Positions 19,749 to 26,688 of a DNA stretch of 64,000 nt are shown here, piece after piece. The stretch is from Pseudomonadota bacterium (GTDB lineage Bacteria > Pseudomonadota > Gammaproteobacteria > JAKAQQ01). Made by a program: the position numbers and the translations under genes. The notes beneath the pieces are model-generated. The model was not told where the DNA came from. It did no database searches and was given only the letters and a program-made list of their open reading frames with translations. The DNA lies in the NCBI GenBank assembly GCA_021810635.1, contig JAJZIH010000007.1:17563-81562 (forward strand). Direction: 5' to 3'. Each line of letters opens with the position of its first letter. Position 1 is the first letter of the stretch.

Positions 19749-20549
19749 CTATCCGCCGTGGCGGAAATCAGGATAGATGAGCATGCCGCCGTCGACGGCG
19801 AGCGTCGTGCCCGTGATGTAGCTGGCCAGGTCGCTCGCGAGGAAGGCCGCCACCGAGGCGATCTCCCGGGGCTGGCCGAGCCGGCCCATGGCGATCTTCT
19901 GGTCCAGGTCCTTGAGGGCAGCGGGATCGTTCCACACGCTCCGGTTGATCGGCGTTTCGATCGCGCCGGGGGCGATGGCGAGCACCCGGATGCCCTGGTC
20001 GGCCACCTCCTGGGCGAGCGTCTTCGTGAACATGGACAGTCCCGCCTTGGCGCTCGCATACGCGCTGTAGCCTTCCCACGGGATGAATTCGTGGACCGAG
20101 GTGATGTTGAGGATGACGCCCCGCTTTTTGGGGATCATGCGCCGGAGCGCCTGGCGCGCGCAGTAGTAGGGACCGAGGAGGTCGACCCGGATCACGGTTT
20201 CCCAAGCCGCCGGATCACTCTCGGCGCAGGTCGCGTGGGCGCCGTCGATGCCGGCGTTGTTGACGAGGATGTCGAGTCCGCCAAAATCGCGGTCGATCGC
20301 GGCGAACAGGCTCTCGACCTCGGCGGCATTCGAGATGTCCGCAGGGTAGGCGTGGGCGGGGGCGTCGGGCCGGCCGAGGCTGGTGGCGAGATCCTGGGCC
20401 GCCTTCTGGTCGGCGGCATCGCGCGTCGAACGGTAATGGACCGCGACCCGGGCTCCGGCCGCCGCGAACGCCTCGGCCATGGCACGGCCGAGCCCTGAAC
20501 TGGAACCGGTGACGAGGGCGCGGCGCCCGGTGAGATCGATGCCCATCAT
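19749..20549 (-). CDS. SDR-family oxidoreductase (glucose 1-dehydrogenase-like)
   Basis: 266 aa with TGSSSGLG (TGxxxGxG), NNAG and YSAYASAKAG (YxxxK). It abuts the GMC gene with no gap. Confidence 0.9.
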   Translation of the reverse strand: MMGIDLTGRRALVTGSSSGLGRAMAEAFAAAGARVAVHYRSTRDAADQKAAQDLATSLGRPDAPAHAYPADISNAAEVESLFAAIDRDFGGLDILVNNAGIDGAHATCAESDPAAWETVIRVDLLGPYYCARQALRRMIPKKRGVILNITSVHEFIPWEGYSAYASAKAGLSMFTKTLAQEVADQGIRVLAIAPGAIETPINRSVWNDPAALKDLDQKIAMGRLGQPREIASVAAFLASDLASYITGTTLAVDGGMLIYPDFRHGG

Positions 20550-20960
20550 GGTGGAATCCTCTGCGGTAAATGGCCATTGTAACGCGGGCCCCAGCCCTCA
20601 GCCTCCCGGTTGGGGTGCATCAGTGACTCCGGCAACGACCCGGTCATGGCCAGGCCCCTCACCGGCCGGTTCATGGCCCAGGCCATCCATCCGGGGGGAG
20701 GCGCAGGGAGGTCGCGTTGAATACGTGGCCGGGAACGGTAAGATGGCTTCACCCTCGGCACCGCCCGGCCCATCCTGCCGCGCCGATGGCGCTGGAGGAG
20801 AGCGACCGTCAACCGGAATGGTTGGAGCGACGTTACCTAAAGATGGCAACGATTCTCGGACCAACCGGGGATTTGCAGGTTGCCACCGATGTTTTCTCCT
20901 CATCCGGAGACATGCCGGAAAGCTGCTTTTCAAGATCCAATCTCATCGAGGTTCTTCAAC

Positions 20961-21269
20961 ATGCGCATGATCCTTTCAATCCTGTTCGGTCTTCTTCTGG
21001 TGGCGGCTCCGGTTGGGGCGTTTGCGGCGAAGCCCCAACCCAAGACTCCCGTGCTCCATCCAGTCCGGGGGCATTGCCAAAACGGTCAACAGAAGTCGGT
21101 CAAGAAGTGTCTTCGGAACACCACCGGATCGAGAATACGGAAAACCAGGAAGCTGACCCCCACTCCGACGATCATCCTCACCGCCAAACAAATCCGGGCG
21201 AACGGGCATACCACTCTCTGTGGCGCCCTTCGGCAAGTCCCATCGATCGAAGTGACCGGGTGCCCCTAA
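20961..21269 (+). pseudogene. TonB-dependent receptor, N-terminal stub only
   Basis: Signal peptide MRMILSILFGLLLVAAPVGAFA and the start of a plug domain (IILTAKQIRANGHTTLCGALRQVPSIEVTG). The reading frame then ends at the IS1595 remnant. Confidence 0.5.
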
Positions 21270-21289
21270 ACCGGCATCGCCGCCTGGGG

Positions 21290-21979
21290 GAGTGCCGGGG
21301 TAAGCATCCTCGCCGGGAGTTTTCCATCAAGGGCGGCACCATCATGGAGGATTTGCCGCTTGGCCTCGACAAATGGCTGGTCGCAATGTGGCTGATCGGC
21401 AACGGCAAGAACGGTATCCGTTCGTACGAAGTGGCTAAGGACTTGGGCATCACCCAGAAGTCCGCGTGGTTCATGCGGCACCGCATCCGTCTCGGCTTGC
21501 AGGCGAAAGGTGGTGGAAAGATGAGCGGCGGCGTTGAGGTTGACGAAACCTTTGGCGGCGGCAAGGCCCGCGACATGCATGTCCGCGTGCGCAAGGCCAA
21601 GGGTGTCGGTCGTGGCGGCTCTGGCAAAACCGTTGTAATGGGCGTGCTGGCGAACGTCCGCAAGGGAACCAAGGTCTATACCGATGAACACCTGAGTTAC
21701 ATCGGCCTGCAAGGCGACTTCGCCCACCGCGTCATCAACCGCGCGGAAGAATATGCCCGCGGCAGCGTCCACACAAACGGCATGAAAAACTACGGGTCGC
21801 TGGTGAAACGCGGATTGAACGGCACCTACGCTTCCGCCGAACCGTTCCACCTGTTCTGCTACCTGGATGAGCAGTCGTTCCGGTTCAACCTCCGCAAAGA
21901 AGGCAAGCGCGTTCGCCCCGATGGCGAGCGCATGAACATTCTGGCCGGTCAGATCGCTGGGAAGCGCCTCACCTACTAA
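21290..21979 (+). pseudogene. IS1595-family transposase remnant (5'-truncated, internal deletion)
   Basis: FSIKGGTIMEDLPLGLDKWLVAMWL...ITQKSAWFMRHRIR...VEVDETFGGGK...VYTDEHLSYIGL...VHTNGMKNYGSLVKRGLNGTY...FRFN follows the IS1595 (ISXO2-like DDE) order. It lacks the first half of the Zn ribbon and about 40 aa between VVMGVL and ANVRKG. Confidence 0.7.
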
Positions 21980-22052
21980 GGAGCTGATCGGGAAGGAGGG
22001 GGAAACGGCGGGCGCTTTTTAACCGACCTAGACGGCGGCGCGGGAGGCATTT

Positions 22053-22355
22053 ATGATGAGATCGGAGACCATGACGGAAGCCGGTGGAGGTTCTATGGCA
22101 ACCGATGCGACCAACCTGCTCAGCACTGAAATCCAAGCATATGAGGAAAAACTCCCCGAGCTTGAGAAGACGTACCTGGGGAAATTTGTCGTTTTCAAGG
22201 GTGCCGACTTCGTTGGAGCGTGGGACACTCTGGATACAGCGGGAGCCGAGGCGGTGGCTCGGTTTGGGCGCGGTCCTTATTTGATCCGACAAGTTGGAGC
22301 CCCACGTCTCACCCTGCCAGCGTCGGTTCTGTTTCGCCACCGTGCTGCTGTTTGA
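22053..22355 (+). CDS. small hypothetical protein preceding the aspartic-protease gene
   Basis: 86-100 aa depending on start. GGGAGG precedes ATG 22053 and GGAGG precedes ATG 22095. ...KFVVFKGADFVGAWDTLDTAGAEAVARFGRGPYLIRQVG is protein-like. Its stop lies 6 nt before the protease start. Family not securely recognised. Confidence 0.55.
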   Translation: MMRSETMTEAGGGSMATDATNLLSTEIQAYEEKLPELEKTYLGKFVVFKGADFVGAWDTLDTAGAEAVARFGRGPYLIRQVGAPRLTLPASVLFRHRAAV

Positions 22356-22361
22356 GTCGGA

Positions 22362-22876
22362 GTGCCGATGCCAATAGCGAATTGCGGTTTCCCGCTTGTG
22401 ACAATAGCGCCTGGTACGGATCCGCCCCAATTCATTTCGGGCCGTGACGCTCTCGTGATGAAGGGTCCAACCACTGGAGTTGAAATCGGTTTCAATCCCG
22501 ATTTTTTCATTCCGATCCGGCCGCTCGGCAACAATACCTCGCGACGGCCCTTGCACAGCCTGCGGCTAAGCTGGTGGAGGCCCTGATTGACACTGGCGCC
22601 TCGGATAGCTGCATTGATGAAGAGCTTGCGCAGCAGCTTCAGCTGCCATTGATCGACCAAGAGGGCGGCAGCGGAATCGGCGGAAAAGAGACGTTCAATG
22701 TTTACCTCGGGCACATCAGAATAGCCGCCCTCGGGATGATTCAGTACGGTCGTTTTATGGGCGTCAAGCTCAGGGCCGGTAACCAGCCCCATCAGGCGTT
22801 GCTTGGACGTACTCTTTTTCAAGGCATGATCTTGTTTTACGATGGGCGCGACGGCTCCGTAAGGCTCGCCGTTTAA
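22362..22876 (+). pseudogene. retropepsin-like (clan AA) aspartic protease split over two frames
   Basis: Frame 0 (22362-22586) carries the N-terminal part (...MKGPTTGVEIGFNPDFF...). The -1 frame, open from 22484 to the stop at 22876, carries ALIDTGASDSCID...ALLGRTLF...YDGRDGSVRL with the DTG active site. The frames switch plausibly at the T-run 22502-22507. It is typed as a pseudogene pending a test of programmed frameshifting. Confidence 0.65.
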
Positions 22877-23078
22877 ACGCTCACGCTTTGGAATCGACCA
22901 GTACCCTATTGGTTCGCGGCAGGTGCTGCCAATGACCGTGGGCCGCATGCTGAAATGGCGCTGCTCGTGGAGGATGGGCACCATGAGTCGGGGGCCACGA
23001 GACCCGGATCCGGTCCCGGCAGCCCGCGATCCGCCCGGCATAAAATGGAAAACAGGCCCACACGAAGAGTGACGGAAG

Positions 23079-23435
23079 ATGCCGAAGGTCCTGATCAAGC
23101 GGGTCTACCTCGACGCCGGACCGGGGGACGGTTTCCGGGTCCTGGTCGACCGACTCTGGCCACGCGGTCTCTCAAAGTCCCGGGCGGCCATCGATCTCTG
23201 GGCCCGGGACCTCGCACCGAGCGCGGAACTCCGGCGCTGGTTCGGACACGATCCCGACCGCTGGGCAGAATTCCAGAAGCGCTATCGGGACGAACTCGCG
23301 GGTCGGGTGGAGGCGGTTGCCGCCTTCCGCAAGGCAGTCGCCGGCCAACAGACGGTCACCCTGGTCTACGCAGCGGCGGACGAACGGCGGAACAATGCCG
23401 TGGCGCTCGCCCGGCTGCTCATGAAGAGGGGGTAA
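23079..23435 (+). CDS. DUF488 family protein
   Basis: 118 aa. KRVYLDAGPGDGFRVLVDRLWPRGLSK...DLAPSAELRRWFGHDP..W.EF is the characteristic DUF488 (YeaO-like) pattern. Confidence 0.85.
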   Translation: MPKVLIKRVYLDAGPGDGFRVLVDRLWPRGLSKSRAAIDLWARDLAPSAELRRWFGHDPDRWAEFQKRYRDELAGRVEAVAAFRKAVAGQQTVTLVYAAADERRNNAVALARLLMKRG

Positions 23436-23613
23436 ACGAGACGCCGGCCCGCCGGAAACGAAACCGGCGCCGGATCGGGCCGGAGGTCGCGGACCACGCC
23501 CCGCCGACCCCGGCTGGGGCGATCCATGGGCGGTCGCAGGGATTCATGCGATCGGTCTGAATGGGGCGCGTCTCCCGTTTTTTTCTCCGGGTCTTGCCTT
23601 CTTGAGGCGAGGG

Positions 23614-24045
23614 TCAACAACGGGGGGCGTGCGCGAATATTCCATCGGGACTGTGGAACGCCTTGAACTCGAGTGCATTGCCGCTCGGGTCGGCCACGAA
23701 CAGGGTGGCCTGTTCGCCCGTCTGGCCCCGAAAGCGCACGCAGGGCTTGACCAAGAAATTGCATCGGGCGGCCTCGAGTTTCCGTGCCAGTGTTTCCCAC
23801 TCTTCCCATTCGAGAATCACACCGAAGTGGCGCACGGGTACGTTTTCCCCATCCACGGGATTGGTGATTGGCTGGTCGGATGCCGGTGCCAGATGAGCCA
23901 CGATCTGGTGTCCGAAGAAATTGAAATCGATCCAGCGGTCGGATTCCCGTCCGGTCGGGCAACCCAGAAGACCGGCGTAAAAACGCCGGGCCTCCTCGAG
24001 ATCGCGGACGGGGAAAGCCAGATGAAAAGGGGGTCGGGGTGTCAT
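23614..24045 (-). CDS. VOC (glyoxalase/dioxygenase-fold) family protein
   Basis: 143 aa. FHLAFPVRDLEEARRFYAGLLGC...HFGVIL...DPSGNALEFK is typical of the VOC fold. Confidence 0.85.
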   Translation of the reverse strand: MTPRPPFHLAFPVRDLEEARRFYAGLLGCPTGRESDRWIDFNFFGHQIVAHLAPASDQPITNPVDGENVPVRHFGVILEWEEWETLARKLEAARCNFLVKPCVRFRGQTGEQATLFVADPSGNALEFKAFHSPDGIFAHAPRC

Positions 24046-24390
24046 GTTAGGGTCCTCTTGAGAGTCTTATCCATACGGCCCGGAGGGGCCTGGAGGCGTG
24101 GGCTTTTGGCAGAGGCATTGTGACTAGGGTTGGAACTGAGTTTTGCCCTCCAGTTGGGCGCTGCAACCGTGAAGTGGCTCGACTGGATCCTGGAACGGCT
24201 GGGGATCGGGATGGATCGACTCGAATCACTGCGGTAAGGTATCCGTCAAGGGCGACCGCGTGCTCGATCCGACCGGCCCGCGACAGGGCATGTGCGATGC
24301 CGGCTGGATGATCCCTGTGAATCCGCCGGGGCAGGCACCGTCCTGCAACCGCTGAACACCCGCCAGCAGGAGGCCCGCGGACTGAAGGCC

Positions 24391-24834
24391 TCATGGCCCA
24401 CCCCTGGGAACCAGGATCTTCAGGATATGGCCCAGCCGGGGATTCCAGTGCGGTACGTAAATGGCCTCGGCCCGAACCACGGGTCCTCCCGGGCAGTAGA
24501 GCCCATTAGAGCGGGCACCCGGTTTGATTTTTCGCACGATGAGCAGGATCCCGTTGGCACCGAGATGCCCCGCTTCACGGGCAAGCCGCATCAGAGCGAA
24601 TCGTCCACTGATCCTACACCCCACCCCAATATCAAAGGGATCAAGGCGGGCCACAGCTATATAGTGTTCCGGAACGTCCGGGGGGACAAAGACCATGACC
24701 GCCCGGGGGGCAATGGCGGAATGGACGGGCCCGACGATGACCGGCGCCGAATAGCAGGCGGCCAATCCCCCAACCAAGATCCCGGCCACCAGGATGGAAC
24801 GGACCGCCCGCCACAGGCATCGCCGCCCGTTCAT
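24391..24834 (-). CDS. hypothetical lipoprotein
   Basis: 147 aa. Signal peptide with lipobox (ILVGGLAAC). 4-nt overlap with the upstream TonB_C-like gene. Confidence 0.6.
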   Translation of the reverse strand: MNGRRCLWRAVRSILVAGILVGGLAACYSAPVIVGPVHSAIAPRAVMVFVPPDVPEHYIAVARLDPFDIGVGCRISGRFALMRLAREAGHLGANGILLIVRKIKPGARSNGLYCPGGPVVRAEAIYVPHWNPRLGHILKILVPRGGP

Positions 24835-25850
24835 GGCCGCGGCCCGGGAGGAAACCGGCCTTCGATACGCAGGACCGCCCAGGCGGTGGCTTGGGCAACA
24901 TTCTGGAGGGGATAACGGCCCATAGCTACCAGCACAGCCAGGGGGCGATGCCCCGGCACCGGATACAGCACCCAGTGCATGCTCGAGGGACGACCCTCAT
25001 ATCCACCGAGACTCGATGACGAAGGATAGAGCGGATGGCTGAGATGGACCACCGGAGTGCCCTGCCAGGGAGAGTGCCACCACCCATCCACTACGATGTG
25101 GAATCCGGTTCGATGTCCCTTGAAGACCAGCGGTGCGAACCGCCAACGCCTGACCCAGACCACCGTCGCCCGGGTCATCCCGGAGTTGACCTCGGTCTGC
25201 AAAACCCCGCTTTTGACCACCCGGCCCCACCGGTTGACGTACCCGTCGATCCAGAGGTTGCCAGGGAACCCGGCCACTGCCGGCGGCGGCTCCCCCAGGC
25301 GCACCTGTTTCACTGCATAGGGAGTGGCCGGCAAACCCCCGCCTCCGGGGATCGGCACATCCACGGACATGCCGCGAGCAAACCCGTTCCCGGTACCTGG
25401 GGTTGGCAGACGCTGCAGGAGCTCGCGTCCCACCGGCCGGATCCTCTCCCGCAGGCCCGCCAGCAGCCTCTCCCCCTGCAGATGGAATGCCGGCATCTGC
25501 AGATGCTGCAGGGTTGTAGATTCCCTCCGTCGCTGCCGGCTTCTTGCCACCGCCGTTTGGGGCCGCACGGCCTTCACCCAGTGAATGGCCACACGGTGCA
25601 ACGGATGGGCCACCAGATGGGGGATTCCGGTGAAACTCCGCAGCCAGAACGCCAGGGCCAAGAAGAGCAGAAAATCGAGCGCTCCGGCCAGAAGCAGACG
25701 GAGGAGCCCCCTGCTCCACGCACCCAGTTCGGACCGCCGAATCAGCCAGGAACCTTTACGTCCGTCAGCGGGAACTCTCTCATGGACCATGGACGGTACC
25801 TCACGACCACTCGTGACACCCCTGTCCTTATCGACCAAACCTTTACCCAC
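24831..25850 (-). CDS. membrane protein with TonB C-terminal-like domain
   Basis: One TM segment (LLRLLLAGALDFLLFLALAFWL). The central segment GNLWIDGYVNRWGRVVKSGVLQTEVNSGMTRATVVWVRRWRFAPLVFKG follows the TonB_C pattern (G.V.v.f.V...G.V....v..SsG......A...v.rWRF.P....G). About 70 extra C-terminal residues. The true start may be ATG 25790. Confidence 0.5.
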   Translation of the reverse strand: MGKGLVDKDRGVTSGREVPSMVHERVPADGRKGSWLIRRSELGAWSRGLLRLLLAGALDFLLFLALAFWLRSFTGIPHLVAHPLHRVAIHWVKAVRPQTAVARSRQRRRESTTLQHLQMPAFHLQGERLLAGLRERIRPVGRELLQRLPTPGTGNGFARGMSVDVPIPGGGGLPATPYAVKQVRLGEPPPAVAGFPGNLWIDGYVNRWGRVVKSGVLQTEVNSGMTRATVVWVRRWRFAPLVFKGHRTGFHIVVDGWWHSPWQGTPVVHLSHPLYPSSSSLGGYEGRPSSMHWVLYPVPGHRPLAVLVAMGRYPLQNVAQATAWAVLRIEGRFPPGPRP

Positions 25851-25892
25851 AGGATAACCCCCCGTGAGGGGGGGTCAAGCCCCCCGGCTGGC

Positions 25893-26111
25893 TTATGGCG
25901 CACAATATTCGCCGATACACGAGACCCCGATTACCTCGGCTACGTAGCTCTCAGTGTCACCATTGGCACTGGGGCTGTAAACGACTTCTTGCGAGTCCAC
26001 GAGATTTGTTATGGAACCAGTTCCCCTGGCCCTGCTCAGTTGCGCTTGGTCATTGAAACCGCCTACCTTTGTGTAGTTCTGGATAGGTCGAACTGAACGG
26101 TTCGTCGCCAT
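25893..26111 (-). CDS. 72-aa hypothetical small protein
   Basis: ATG 26111 is preceded by GGAGGA with a 5-nt spacer. The segment is lower in GC than its flanks. MATNRSVRPIQNYTKVGGFNDQ...VIGVSCIGEYCAP has no signal peptide and no recognised family. Confidence 0.45.
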   Translation of the reverse strand: MATNRSVRPIQNYTKVGGFNDQAQLSRARGTGSITNLVDSQEVVYSPSANGDTESYVAEVIGVSCIGEYCAP

Positions 26112-26168
26112 TCGGCTCCTCCGTGGATCATGACCAGACCCAGGTCTTGGCCACTGGCCCATCGATCC

Positions 26169-26681
26169 TCACTCCCGGGGATGCGCCCGGGTGCCTGATC
26201 GGAGAAAGTGCCAGAACAGCAGGCAGGCACCCACGGTAATCGCCGAGTCGGCCACGTTGAACGCAGGATAGTACCAGGTTCCGTAATGCACCTGGATGAA
26301 GTCGACCACGTAGCCATCGCGGAGGCGGTCGATGGCATTGCCCAAGGCACCCCCGAGAATCAGGCAGAGCGCAAGACGCAGCCGCCGCTCCTGTTTTTCG
26401 AGACGCAGGATCCAGAAGACGATGACGGCCGATACAAGCCCGGCCAGTCCCAGGAAGAGGAAATTGGGCCAGGCCGACTGGCCGTTCAGAAAACTGAAGG
26501 CAGCGCCCCGGTTTTCGACGTCTGTGAGGTTCAGAAAGACATCGAGCCGGACATGCCCGTCAAGCGGGATGGCCCGGCGGATCCGGGCCTTGCTCCACTG
26601 GTCGAGGGCGACCACGAGGGCGCTCAGAAGGAAATACGGCCAGGATCGCTCCGGCCAGCGGGGCCTTGCCGGGTGACTCAT
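26169..26681 (-). CDS. lspA: lipoprotein signal peptidase II
   Basis: 170 aa from ATG 26681. DQWSK, NRGAAFSF, GGALGNAIDRL and FNVADSAI motifs. Lies 7 nt downstream of ileS, as in the conserved ileS-lspA operon. Confidence 0.9.
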   Translation of the reverse strand: MSHPARPRWPERSWPYFLLSALVVALDQWSKARIRRAIPLDGHVRLDVFLNLTDVENRGAAFSFLNGQSAWPNFLFLGLAGLVSAVIVFWILRLEKQERRLRLALCLILGGALGNAIDRLRDGYVVDFIQVHYGTWYYPAFNVADSAITVGACLLFWHFLRSGTRAHPRE

Positions 26682-26688
26682 CCGGGGT

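Noticed and set aside
18270-20498. 742-aa plus-strand ORF opposite the GMC and SDR genes
   Set aside because: It is antisense to two well-supported genes, its composition is dominated by G/R/A/D/E runs, and it has no motifs.
23556-23580. T7 run preceded by GGGGCGCGTCTCCC as intrinsic terminator of the DUF488 gene
   Set aside because: The stem is only 3-4 bp and lies about 120 nt past the stop. It is too weak to list as a feature.
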